64,000 nt of DNA from contig NW_026250406.1 in NCBI RefSeq assembly GCF_024521635.1, positions 372,001-436,000 of the forward strand. The letters run 5' to 3'. Below, one piece after another: positions 46,733 to 59,293 of this stretch. How positions within the stretch are numbered: position 1 is the first letter of the stretch; each line of letters begins with the position of its first letter. Origin of the DNA: Tricharina praecox (Eukaryota). Both the position numbers and the translations under genes were made by a program. Below the pieces are notes generated by a model. That model did not search any database. It saw only the letters and a program-made list of their open reading frames with translations, and was not told where the DNA came from.

Positions 46733-47952
46733 TCAAACCATCCTCTCTGCACCCTGCGGTGGTTGCCAAACCCCCTCTGGCCCCCTCTGGCCCGGCCTGG
46801 CCATCTCCAATCCCTTCTGACCGGCACCAGCCTGCTGTCTTCCAACCGAAACATTTCTCTCCTGTCTAATTACATGCAGTTTCAATCCTGGCGTGGAATA
46901 CATCAAATACAGCACCCTGATCAAACCTCCCACTCCGGTCACCAGCGGAATCAACTGTCCGGTACTGAGCGCATCATTGACGCGCGTGATGCCATTCCAC
47001 AGGATCAGAGCCTCAATCGCGGAGATGGACACGCCTAGGATGACGATACACAGGATGGGCGTGAACTTATGCACGACGGGAATCTGCACGTTCGGATCGA
47101 TAGCGTCGGCGAGCAGCCCTTCGAACCCGCCCTTCTTGCGGAGGCGGTGGGTGCCAACGAAGGAGCGATCGACGAAGCTGCTGCCGTGCTGCCAGCTGAT
47201 GTAGCCGAAGAGAGTAGTGAAGACTAGCAGCGCCAGCGAGCAGATGATCTTGTGCGTCGTGCGGAACCACGGCTTCAGCAGCGGGACTTTGATGAACATG
47301 AAGCCGTACGCCTCGCAGCCCGCCGGCAAGGGCTGCAGCAGGTTGACGTCTCTGAACCAGAAAAATGTGCTGTAGGCTGCGACCACGAAGTAGATCATGA
47401 AGCGGATCACACCGCCCCACGAGGTCTCCCCCCATTTGGACTTGTGCGTGGCTTGCGCAGAGATTGTGCACGACTATATATATATCACGCGCTGTTAGCC
47501 CTCCGATGCATACGTGCTGCTGTCCGTACACGGGTATATGCCAAACGTACACTTCCAACAATCTGCATGATGATGATGTACATTTCGATCGCGCGGGGTT
47601 TCGTGGTGGCGGTGGACAGTGCAATGAGAGCGATCGACATGGCGAGCGAAAACATGGTGTTGATATCCCTCATCCGCGTGAGGTTCTGCGTATGCATGAA
47701 ATTGCTGATCAGCGTGGACAGCCATTGCGAGTACAGTCCCAGCCGGATTCCGAGGCCGTAGACATCTTGGTTTCCCTCGAAGCCGCAGTTACCCGCCTCG
47801 TCCGGGGCGGCATCGGCGCCGGCGGCGACATCGGTGCCGGCTGCGACCCCATTGACGAGTTTTTGCGCGGTGGTCAGCGTGAGGAGGAAGGTAAGGGCGA
47901 GGGGGAGCAGGTGCGCCGAGCGCTGGAGGCGGAAGCTTGGTCGAGAACCCAT
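46733..47952 (-). CDS. Uncharacterised multi-pass membrane protein (exons 47952-47551, 47473-46733)
   Basis: Signal peptide, GNQDVYGLGIRLGLYSQW, several hydrophobic helices and STGQLIPLV. A GTACGT..GCTAAC..TAG intron joins the ORFs in frame. Confidence 0.82.
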
Positions 47953-48410
47953 AATGAGTTTGGAGCTCAACTCAAGGTCGCCGGGACGTGGGGCATATGT
48001 ACTCGTATATAGTCCTTTCGCTTCCCCCAAAATTGACACCGGTCATACCTTTAGTCAGACGTTTGATTCGGGCGTCGCATGAGCCTCCAAGTTAACTGTT
48101 CTCAGGCAACAGCCAAGTGTATGGATGCCGGATCATGGAGTGCTGTGAACTTCCTTTTGCTGTGGCGTTTATATGTATCCGGGGAGCGGCTGATGTCGTG
48201 TCGCACGCGCAGCTCGCCAATGGATGCAGCGTAAGTTCGAACGGGAGAGGTGCAGTCACTAGCCAAAAGTCACAGCCATACATGTGCCTGGGCAAGAGTG
48301 GGGCTGAGGTTTGATGGTTCTGACTGTGCAGAAGGCATTGATTCAAGATGGAAGGGATCACCGGTTTAATATTTGCTTGTTGTCAGCATTGAGGAATTTA
48401 TGGCATGTGC

Positions 48411-48455
48411 GATTCAAGAAAGTACGATTCAAGAAAGTACGATTCAAGAAAGTAC
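48411..48455. repeat. 15-bp tandem repeat x3
   Basis: GATTCAAGAAAGTAC three times. Confidence 0.9.
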
Positions 48456-49014
48456 GGACCGTGGGAGCCTAAGTTTCATGAATTGTTTGAGCAAGGGAAA
48501 CAGACAGCAATGAATTGAAGCTGACCGTAGGGGTCGGTATCAGGCCGTAGACAAGGGGCTTTGGCAATAGTGGCGGAAGCCGGGAGAACAGTGGGGGCGA
48601 GCCCGATGAAGCGAAGACGGTACATAACTGCAGAGTCGGAGCGTGTAACCCAAAGCAAGCGCAACTAGAGTGAAAGTTGAATGGATAATGAATGCACAAG
48701 CGTTATTAATAGTGTACTCTCTAGACGAGCGAGTGACCGCATGCGATGACATACCAATGTCGACTTCAGATACATAGCGGAGATTGGCTTGGAGTGGGCT
48801 TGGAGTTAGGGCTTGGAGTTAGGTGGAGGCCCTAATGGAGCCATTGAGCCTTGGTCGTTACATGGCCCGCCCAAATGCTTGGGATAGGCTCTTTGACGAA
48901 ATGCACGATCATGGCGATTGGAACTAAACGCATCCGCGTGACTTTTATTTGTTTTTTATACAGAATCTGACAGCAGAAGCCAGCCAACAAATCCACCACT
49001 GAACACCCTCCAAC

Positions 49015-49689
49015 TCAAGCTTTCGGTGTAGCCTCCTTCGGAAACCTCGCAAAAATATCCCTAATCTTATCAATCGGGGCGGCCATAAGTCCTGCCACAG
49101 TCTCCCACGGCGGGCGGTCAGGGGCGCTTGGGTGACTCCTCGTGGGCACCAGCATCTTCGTCCTCACGAAACTCTTCGCCAGTCCCGCGCTATCCCCATC
49201 CGTCGCCCCCGCCTTCAACGCCTTCTCCAACGCCGGCAAATCATGCTCCTCTTCCTCTATGATATGTTCCTTCACGGTGGCCATCAGGCTCTTCAACGTG
49301 CCCTCGAAGTTCGTGTCGGTCGGATACATGCTCTGGAACTCGTAGAGACGCTCCTTGATGTCCTGGTGCGCGGCTCGGTCTTTCGCGGCCATGGACTCGC
49401 CGCCAGGCTTCAGGTACTGCTCGAAAGCGGGGTAAACGATGAGTTCTTCGCCGATGCTGTGTCGTGCTAGCTCCCAGACGTACTGGTTCTGCCATCGGAT
49501 CTTCGTATCGACATCCGTGGCGGACAGGATGTTGTTGTAGTACGACTCGAGCTCGCGGTGGTCGTTTTTGATCGCGTCCGAGACGGTGGGGTAATCGGCG
49601 GTTGTAGCGAGAGAACGAAGCGCATTCCTGGGGAGACGATATGTGAGCGGTGCTCGCGGGGCGGCGCGAAGGGTTCGTAGGGCTTGCAT
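49015..49689 (-). CDS. Hemerythrin/HHE cation-binding domain protein, probable mitochondrial presequence
   Basis: DHRELE, ELARHSIGEELIVYP, HIIEEEEHDLP and PTRSHP motifs. Arg-rich N-terminus without acidic residues. Confidence 0.9.
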   Translation of the reverse strand: MQALRTLRAAPRAPLTYRLPRNALRSLATTADYPTVSDAIKNDHRELESYYNNILSATDVDTKIRWQNQYVWELARHSIGEELIVYPAFEQYLKPGGESMAAKDRAAHQDIKERLYEFQSMYPTDTNFEGTLKSLMATVKEHIIEEEEHDLPALEKALKAGATDGDSAGLAKSFVRTKMLVPTRSHPSAPDRPPWETVAGLMAAPIDKIRDIFARFPKEATPKA

Positions 49690-50133
49690 TGTGTTCTTGG
49701 TGTAGTTTTGGAGATATTAATCGTAGGTTTGTGATGATGATGGACATGGGAGGATACGGACGGAGAATGGGTTTATATTCCCTCCTCCCTCGAGGCCATA
49801 CACAGCGCGATGTCATGATGCCGTAGTTTGGAGGTCATCGTTACCTACGGGCAACTATCCGCGAGCGAATAGAAAAGTTCCAATTTCACAAGTCTGCTGG
49901 ATGAAGCGATGATCGAGAGAGAGAGAGGGCCTTACGAACGGATAACGTCATAACGATCGGCAGCGGGAAAATGCTCCAGATACGTACGGATACGGATAAA
50001 CCATGGAGCTTAAGATTAGCAGGACTCGCGCTGGATTCCTGCCGAAGCGTCGCAGTAATGGATGTTTTTTCTTTAATTTCTATTGGTCGGACATGTGAGA
50101 TGTGTAGCCGCCGAGTGCTTTAGTATGATTACC

Positions 50134-51623
50134 CTATCCTAACAAATCCTTAACATCAATATGTCCCTTCCTCCGCAATCTCACCATAGCTTCAGCTATC
50201 CTCTTGACACCTTCCTCAATCCTGGCTTCCTCTTCCCAAGCCAAACAAATCCTCAGTCCCTCCTCGCCACCCCCGCCCTCAAAAACCCCCACATGTCCAA
50301 CTACCAACTTCTCCTCCTTCTTCAATCTTTCCACCAGTACCGGGACATCACACCAATCCGGCAGGTCAAGCCACAAATACCACCCACCATCCCCTCTCCT
50401 CTTTACTCCCAGCGGACTGAGATACTTGCCCACCGCCTCGAGCACTACCTTATGTCGTTTTGAATATGTGGGAATCAACACATCCTCCAGAAAACTCCGC
50501 AACGTTCCCGTTGTCAGAAGATTCCACACACAGGAAGCCTCGAGTCCGCCCGCTTCCGCGCCTCTTCCCATCGCCTCCACGAACGCGGTCGTGCCCTGGA
50601 CCCACCCCACCCTGCAACCAGGCGCAACAAGCACGCTGAAATCGCCGCTTGAGACGGCGTTGCCGTAGTCGCTCCTCCCGGGAAGACTGGCATCGAGGAA
50701 TACCATTGGTGTTATTTGCGGCGAGGCGGCGTCCCATCGGAGGAAGTCGCCCGCGTCGTCGGCGACAATGAGCGCATCGTAGCGGCGCGCGAGGGACACG
50801 AGCTGCGTACGACGGTCGAGGGAGATGGTGCTGCCGGTCGGATCGCGGAAGGTCGGTGTGAGGTGGATTATGTGCCGGTATATTTTAGGGTATTTTGTTG
50901 GTGATTTGAATGCCTACTCCGCCTCGTTAATTATGGTCGGTGGGGGGTGTAGGAGATCGGGGAAGGAAAGCAGGGGAGGGGCAGGGTGTTTACATACGGG
51001 TCTTAGATTTACCGCCGCTGTAGCCCGCGCCTCTTCTTCGCACAGTCCCCGCTCTAGCGCCTCGATGTCGATACCCTCTTTATCTTCCGGTACGAACCGG
51101 ATCTTACTCCCAAGACAACAGTCCTCGAATATTGTTTTACATCCCCGTGGTGAAGGCGCAAGTAGCCACACGGAGCGTGTAAACACCGGATCCGAAAACT
51201 TTTGTAGGATCCCCTCGAGGGCCTGATATTTGCCTGCCGCGGTCAATTCTGCACATGTTGGCGGGTAGTCGGAGAGGGGGAGGGGAAGGAACCTGCTGTG
51301 ACGTAGAGCTCTTCCGCAGTAGCGGTAGTGTTGTAAAAGGTGTTTAGCCAGTCGGTGATGGCGGCACGGAGCGGGATGGAGGAGCAGAGGAGGGCGTCGG
51401 CGTAGGCGAAGGGGTCAGTGAGCACCGAGCGGCTTGCATAAGCGATAGAGGCGGCTGGAAGGAGCCGAGGGGATTGGCAGCATTTTTGGAGGTCGATCGG
51501 CGTTGAGATGGGCGGGGGAGGCGGCGGCAGCGGCAGCGGCGGATGGGGTGATGTGCGGTGTCTGCTGTAGGAGCTGGGGGAACTCGAGCGCGTGGAGCTT
51601 GAGCGTGTGGATGTTTTTGGCAT
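50134..51623 (-). CDS. Class I/II PLP aminotransferase-fold protein with a degenerate active site (exons 51623-51293, 51233-50998, 50913-50134)
   Basis: ELYVTAG, PTFRDPTG, ARRYDALIVADD, FSVLVAPGCRVGW, GGWYLWL and LRICLAWEE motifs. Two introns join three ORFs in frame. Confidence 0.8.
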
Positions 51624-52921
51624 GTTTGTAAGCGCCTGTGGGACGTTTCTGGAGATGTATATCGATAGCTGGAACTGGCAGAATGGATCTTCAGAAGGAG
51701 GGGAGAAGGGAGAAGGACGAAGAAGAAACCTTCTACATCATATGGTCCTCGTATCATATTCGTACATCACGTCAGCTCAGCCCACCATCTATGGGAGCTG
51801 CTGGCCACGGCCGCCGGCCAATCATTCGCACCACCCTAACACGATGGCCGTTACAGACATATGGTGGAGTGTACACACTGCGCTCACGGGCCCGGAAAAA
51901 CCGATGTGCCGTAGCGTTATCGGCTAGTTAGCGCGCTCGCGAAGAAAAAAAAAGTGAGCGTCGGCCGGTTGGACGTACCCGAAACAGCCAGCTCCAACGG
52001 TCCGGGAGAGAACGTGGGGTGATGATTTCGGCCCACCACGCCTACCAGGCCCCACTCTTGTCCGTTGCTGTACCTCTTATCACTCCCAGATTCGGGACCA
52101 GACACGGCCAGCTTCGTGCTACGTTATCGCCGACGCAGCAGCACGGCAGAAATAGCTCTAGATTGCGGGTTCTCCGTAGATACACTCCCGCGCAGGAGAG
52201 CCGTTTCATACGTTTCGAATCCATGAAGATTTACGGCCCGGAGCCCTTAGAAGAACCCGGATAGAGTAACGATAGGTGGAAAAAATCAATTCCCAGTCAG
52301 TGCAGAGTCGCAGAATCCCTTTAGATGAGACCTTAGAAGATGGTCTCACCTACCAACATACCTAGATACTCTAGGTACAAATAGCTGCATATCAGGATGC
52401 ACGACCCGAGCTGAGATCTCGGCCTTTCCATGTATCTACCCTACTACCACGTCTGAAACAATTTCTCGATAAGGCGAGATAAAGCGAGGCTGACCGGTAA
52501 CTCTTGCACGAAGCGAGCACGTTTTCGCAATATTCGCGCGTCTATCTGGGGCATAGAAACGTGGGGAGCTATATATACCGCGGACTGCTCTATCTAGCGT
52601 AACGGTAATGCCGAAGACTGATGACGATGCCACACCGATTGACATGCGAGTGAGAATATGTGCTATAGGACATCTACGGTACCGATGGTCATTGACGCCG
52701 ATTCGCTCAATCTATGAGGAGATGCTCATGAAAATATCGAAGTTGCCGAGCGATAAGGAAGCCGAACACCCCGACTTTCAGAGCCACGGTGAACACCGCG
52801 AGTAACAAATGAAATGATCTGTAACATCTACCGACGTTCACAACATTCGGCCGCCACAAAAACAAAACAAAAAAAAACTGATCAGGGCGCCCATTATTAA
52901 GCTCGCCTACCTGGCTTGGTT

Positions 52922-52993
52922 AGCTCTGACGCGGATTTGAACCGCGGATCTCATCATTACTAGTGATGCGCCTTACCGCTTGGCCACCAGAGC
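52922..52993 (-). tRNA. tRNA-Thr(AGT)
   Basis: Identical body to the other two AGT genes. T run ~45 nt downstream. Confidence 0.95.
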
Positions 52994-53678
52994 TAATCAT
53001 GTTAGACATTCCCTGTGGCGTTTATGAGGATACATCACCAGGCAGGCAGGCGAAAAGATCAGTCGCTGCGAGCCGCGCACCACATGGATATAGACGTTCC
53101 CAACCGGGCGAGACGCCCGGGTTTGGCGCAAGTACTCTCGCAAGCAGCTTTACTTCAAACTCTTATTCACCGTTAGATGTGTTGCGTGATTATCATTCGC
53201 AAAGGAAAAAAATTGTTATTGCGTAGTCACCATTTTCATTGCTCACGCCCCAGAGCCACCAGTAATTGTGAGTCTCCACCTTGTCTCCCACTTCTTTGCT
53301 CCTATGGAACCGTACGATTCGATGAGAGAAAGTAGCCAAATAGTGCGGTCACTACATGAGCGTTGGAGGATCCACTAGGTACTGGTAACGATGTGGAAAG
53401 CGAATCATAGCTATCACCTCAAGGCATCCTCTCGTCTACGGCAGTCCAGCAGCCTACGTAGCCGGGCTTTTTTTTTGTAGCCGGTCAGGTCTGCGAGGTC
53501 GCGCCTGTATATGCAACATGCGGCTTTCACCTTTGAGAATCGTTTCATTGGTGCCTATTCAAGATGCGGACAAGTATTGCGGCGTGAGATCAGTCAATGG
53601 TACGGTCTGGATAGGCCAGTGCTCAATAGACATGTGTGCCCAGTAATTTCAGCTCATGGTACTGTCTGTCATCAATCG

Positions 53679-53750
53679 GCTCCGGTGGCCAAGTGGTAAG
53701 GCGCGTCACTTGTAATGACGAGATCCGCGGTTCAATCCCGCGTCGGAGCT
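53679..53750 (+). tRNA. tRNA-Thr(TGT)
   Basis: 72-nt cloverleaf GCTCCGG..TCGGAGC-T. Anticodon arm CGTCA-CTTGTAA-TGACG. Confidence 0.95.
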
Positions 53751-54838
53751 TCAATATCAAGCATCGCTTTCCCGATGAAGATTTTTGATGCCTGCGTTTC
53801 TGGAGTTGATCTTTGCTCGAAAACTCTCATGATACGTATCACGCGTGGTTTTTAGTTTTACCCCGCATTCTGTTACGACGTGATTGTGAGTCGGTGCAAA
53901 TTGCACGCCCTGTGCAGGACCATGACGCTACGGTAGGACCATTACCAGATCTACCCGTCGTCACGGAAACTCAAAATGAATGTCGGTAGAATTTGGAAGA
54001 ATCTGTCGGGGCGTTACATGGTAGGGCGGTCGGCGAAGTTGTCCATCACTCCTCCAAGCTACCACTACGGACTGGGACATGCCATATCTACCCCAGTCAT
54101 CGCCGGTACTCCTCCGAAGAACCCAACAAGCTGTCAAAGAAAACAGTGTGAGCTTCGTTCGTATGGTGGGGCGGCGGGGCGGCGAGATTGTCCACGACTT
54201 ACACAGGCCATCATGAAGAATGAAGGACACGCAAAAAAAACACCGGCTCCTTGCTAAAACACTAGCCGTCACACCGGCTCGACGATGGAAAGGAGGTGAG
54301 TGAGTGTCAATTATTGACTCGGTCTAGGTGTTGTAGATCGGCTTGGCCTGCGACTATAAACCAACAGATCCTCGCCAAAAATATTCGAACTCGAACTGAA
54401 GGATCTGGATCAGAGAAACAAATTATTCTTCCTTCTCCCATACCTAGCTCAGGGTCCTCTCCCACCGTTGTGGGTGGGTGTATGTATATGTAGGGCTTTC
54501 TTTCTCTACCTCTCCCTGTGTGGGTTGGTTGGTTTCTGTAGCATGAATAGAGGAGTTTCATGATACCGCTGTTCCCGCTGATCCTGTAGCCCTTCCGCAT
54601 CGCCTTCCGCATCGCTTGGGACCCTTAATTCCATCCAAAGCATGAGATCCACCAGTGTATTCCGCGCGGTTAATCAGTCGTCGATATTCTCGAACTAGTT
54701 ATTGATAATCGCCAACCCACGACCCAGAGAGTACACGTTCTGTGAATCTCATTATCCGAGACAAAAATACTGCCTGTACGTGACAGGCGGAACGGCACAT
54801 CCGTACTGTTTTACCTGAACATGATTCAGAAATTCAAA

Positions 54839-54910
54839 AGCTCCGACGCGGGATTGAACCGCGGATCTCGTCATTACAAGTGACGCGCCTTACCACTTGG
54901 CCACCGGAGC
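54839..54910 (-). tRNA. tRNA-Thr(TGT)
   Basis: Identical to 53679-53750, in convergent orientation. Confidence 0.95.
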
Positions 54911-55279
54911 TGGTGCTGTTAAAGGTTTTTATTCAGTCAATATGATAGTAGAAATATGCAGCTGCTCAGGTACTCACAAACTTGAGGAGATTTGGTTTCG
55001 TGAGTGATTCTGGATGTCTAGCGTGGAACGAAACATTTTCGGTCAGGACACTTTTCTGCATCCAATATCTACCCCAATCGAAACTCCTATGTATATAGCT
55101 AGACTGACGAACGAAACAAGCTACCTATTTTCTGTCGAGAAAACAAGCGCAGGGCAAGAGCTGTGACCCCAAATCGTGGCATAACCATGCTCACTTGTGG
55201 TCCCAGGTTGGTGTATACCAATGCCCAGTCCAACCCTGACATTTGCGACCTTCCACCTCGCAGTAGCACATGGCAGCTT

Positions 55280-55656
55280 CTTACATGCACATCCCCGGCT
55301 TGCGCTCAGACGACGTGAGCGTGCAGCCCACGGCCTTCGGGAGCCGTTCCAGGATCACCTTCGCCTCGATCCTCTCGGTGGGATCGTACCGCAGCATGTC
55401 TCGCAGGAGCTCCGCGAAGTGTTTGATATCCATCGGCTCCTGCTAGTGCGGCCCATGCCCGAGCTTGTGCGTGATCTGCCATGACGGACCGGTGGTATGC
55501 GGGCAATTGTTGTCCCAAGTAGTCGCACATGATGTGCGTGATGACATCGCCGAGGTGCACAGGATGATAGCCGCCGGGCCTGTACAGCGCGAGGCACTCG
55601 GTTTCGATGTCGCGACACTTGTGGACTGGAGCTGCTGCGGCAGCGCTGGAGTCCAT
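55280..55656 (-). pseudogene. Internally deleted SRPK-like protein kinase relic
   Basis: N-terminal ECLALYRPGGYHPVHLGD and, in another frame, C-terminal FAELLRDMLRYDPTERI. The catalytic core is absent. Confidence 0.65.
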
Positions 55657-58600
55657 GGTGATCAGCTCGGATGGCGGTGAGCTCGGGAGTGACAGTACAA
55701 GAGAAGAGTATCACATCAGCATTCGAATGATGAATAGTGAACCGTTTAGAAGAAGGACCTCGTAAACCATGAGCCAAACACCAAACGGAGCCGGAGACCC
55801 AACAGGCTCGGACAAACAAAGAACCGAGCCGAGAAACAGACGTCAAAGTTCAAAAGACTGAAGAAACGAAACGAGGCAGAGAAGTCGGAACCGCACATCC
55901 ATACATCACATAATGATGCACGAGGGCCGAGAACAATAAGCCAAATCGACGGACAAAGCAAGAGTAAACCGAAACATAGAAGGACCGCCGGAGGCCGAAG
56001 GCTGGACACGAATTTTCTCCGAAGATAGAATCCTACCAAAGTAGCCGACTGGACACGAGCTCTCACTCACTCGCTCACTCACTCTGTACCGCACTGACGG
56101 TTTTTTTTCACATCCATTTCCGAAGAGACCCCATTTTCCCCCGACGCGCGAGCCAGAAACAGGGCCGCAGAGCCCGGGTGCGAGCGTGTCTGCCTTGAAC
56201 ATCACGTGACAAACCCCACCCTGAGACCGAATAATGTCGTAAATACCAGCGGATCACCACGTGAGGGTTGTCAAGGAAGCTTTTGTCCGGGCAGTCTTGC
56301 GGTCAACTAAACTGAGCACTCGGACTTTCAGGCCTTTGATCTTCTAGGAAATTTCGGCTTGAGCGGCACCTCTAGCGGCCCTCCGAGTGTGAGATCCGGT
56401 TGTCGAATTACGCAATGGTATGTAGAGTATGTCATGGATGATGGGCCTCGCACAGCTGTGGCTGTATCCCGGAATGGTGTTGCAGTCTTGACTCTTGTTC
56501 GTGTGGTGCTAAAGCCACTCAACATTCTCCTGCGTGTCTACCTATTCGGCCTGGGTGAGGCTGGTGCGTGTGGCTAGTACCAGCATAGTAGACTGTGGTC
56601 CTCACCATGCACCCATAGGTACACGGAAACGTTGAAACCGGTGTGGCGGAGTGATGGAGGAGCTATCTGCGAGAGGAGGAGCTGTCAGCGGGAGAAAACG
56701 AATGTGGTTAGGTAGTAGTGGGCATCAAGGTTGGCGGGCTTCAACGTTGGCGGCCATGGCGGGGTCTTCTTCTTCTTCTTCTTCTTTTCTTGATCATCAT
56801 CTATCAAATAGACGGCCAACCCCCCATCTCCTCTCTCTCCTCTGTGTGCGCTTCCTTTCTCGTCAGGCCTAGAGAGGCATTGGCAACGAGCCCTCGCAAA
56901 ACTGGCTTCACATCTTTCCGGCCGCAACAAAGGAAGTACTCCCCCCTAGGCCTCCTCATCTCCCCCTCTTCCACCCCTCTCCCTCACATCGGCCTCGCTT
57001 GAAGCAGTCGCCTCAATCGATAAAGTCACTGATTCCCGCGCTCCAGCTCGCCCAGTCCACTCCGCCATGGTTCGTTAAAGGTTGCACGCGAAACAAAATC
57101 GATGTCGCGGCTTACGTGCCGGTTCACGCTAGTGACTCTGGAATGGCACCGGAAAGACTCCCGCCCGCGCCTCAATCGTTGTTGTGGCAGATTTTCCCGA
57201 ACGAACACCTCAGCATCGATGCGTTCGGGACCGGCACGGGTGTTCGTACAATGATAAGTCCTGAACGTGTGTTCCCACTTGTGAGCCGACACCAGACCAC
57301 CACCCCGTACATACCGCACCGAGCCGTCTCGGTTAGTTTGAACTGTGGAATCACATCAGCCCTATTACATATACGCGCCGACCAGCCTCCAGGTCGGTTC
57401 CGATCGGGACCGGATGCGACTTGCGAGGAGGAGAGCCAAAGTGCTGTTTGGAGAAGCGCTGCATTTTTCATGCTGTTGGCCGCCGCTGCTGCTGGACTGG
57501 GCGGCAACGCATGGGCGGTGGACTCGATGCTGTTGGTTTGCGTGGATGCCCTCCTGCAGTTTCCGGTTCATGGGCGACGCTGCATACATATCATACCGGC
57601 AGATTCCATACAACATTTGCTAGTACTTGCCCAAGTACCCAAGTACCCACTCCACCGACCTACTCTACTATACATCCTAGGTACGGTATGCACCCCGCGT
57701 AGGAGTGGGCCGGTCGGCGGCACAGAACACATCCGGGGACGAGAGAGGTAGAGTACTCTACATACCTACTTACCTAGGTAACCATCTATCTCGCTCGATT
57801 ACATATTGCTGACGGACGGACGGCGGAACAATTTACCCAGCACACCGGTGCCTGCGCTGCGGGGAAGGATTGACGGAGGGTCTGGTCTGATTGCATGAGG
57901 GACGAGGGCGGATTCTTCGCCGCAGAACGAAAGGGACCACCCAATAGGTAATTAATGCCTTACAGCCGGAGATAGGTACCTAACTATCTATGATGAAGTG
58001 CCTGCAGCGAGAGCGAGCGGAGCAAGCAGAGCAAGGACTCCCGGGTGCTAGGTAGTTACATACGCGACGACGCTAGAGATCTCGGCCGGGATCGATGGCG
58101 GTCACGTCGTTCGTCGCTCGCTCGTTTCGCTACTCCACTACTATCTGTACTATGATAGGCAAGCTTTCTTCACGGCGAGGGAGATCGACTGCCCGGTGCC
58201 CACGAAGCGTAGTGCTTGTCTTTCGGCGTGATCGAGTCTCGGGGTGGTGGTTTCTTTTCCCCATAGTTATATACTCCGATCGGACTGCGAGTTCGTACGC
58301 ACTTGCAATCCGTGCTCGCCATCTCGACGACAGTTACATACCATCCCCCTCTAATCCGCAGAATCAGCGAATGGATTCGCAGGGACCCGTCTTGCCGCCG
58401 AGACCATCCTCAGGAAGGGTTGGATCGCTGGATGATTGGCCCGTCGCCACCTGCAGGCTGCTGCCGAATCCCAGCCAGTCCAGGCGTCTACGAGGCAGGT
58501 GATGGCTCGATGGGGGAAGGGGCCCCCTCCACCTGGCGGTAGAGTAGGTACTCGGTCAAGTTCCACAGCCAATCACGATGCGTTAGCCAGACCGACACGA

Positions 58601-59293
58601 ACAATCGATGTGATTTGCACTTTCCAGACACACACACACACATTCACAACCGCACCCACTCTGTGACGAGATGAGTACGTACAGGAAAAAAACCCGCAGC
58701 AGCCAGGTTGAGGGGGAGGGGAGGGGAGAGTGCTCCGGCGGTTATACATAAACCTCCAGACACCCCCCGTCCCCCATTTCGCGTGGGCGTCAGGCTTGAA
58801 GTCCTACACAGCAACCAACAATACACAAAAAGTACTGGAATACCACGCCCCCTCGCGACATACCTCCCACCTTCTCCGAATCGTCGAGCATCATCATCAA
58901 GCCAATAGCGACTGCCTGCGGAACTACTGCATACGTAAATTTCCGTTGACCGACAGGAGGAGGAGCATAACAGCAGCCCTTCCCGCATATCATCATCACC
59001 ACCCACCGGAGCGGCTCGACGAACGCGACAATTCGCTTGCCTGTTATACGCACCTGCGACAGGTGTCCACCCCCACCCCACACCAAGGAGTTATAGGAGT
59101 TATCGGACGCCGTGTCGGATTGAAATAGAAGCCTGCCGCATCGGTGCCCACATCCAAGCATCCATTCACGCATCCATCGCCATCGTCCTCGTTCACTCCA
59201 GTTGACCTCGACCTCGACCTCCACTTCGACATCACCACCAAGCATCAAGCATCAAGCATCAAGGCTTCTCAATCACATCACATCCGAGCAGTC

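Noticed and set aside
55720..56211. Possible solo LTR of another family (minus strand starts TGTCACG)
   Set aside because: No second copy, other terminus or TSD could be established.
56999..57751. 250-aa ORF
   Set aside because: Non-ATG start, no recognisable domain, runs into intergenic-like sequence.
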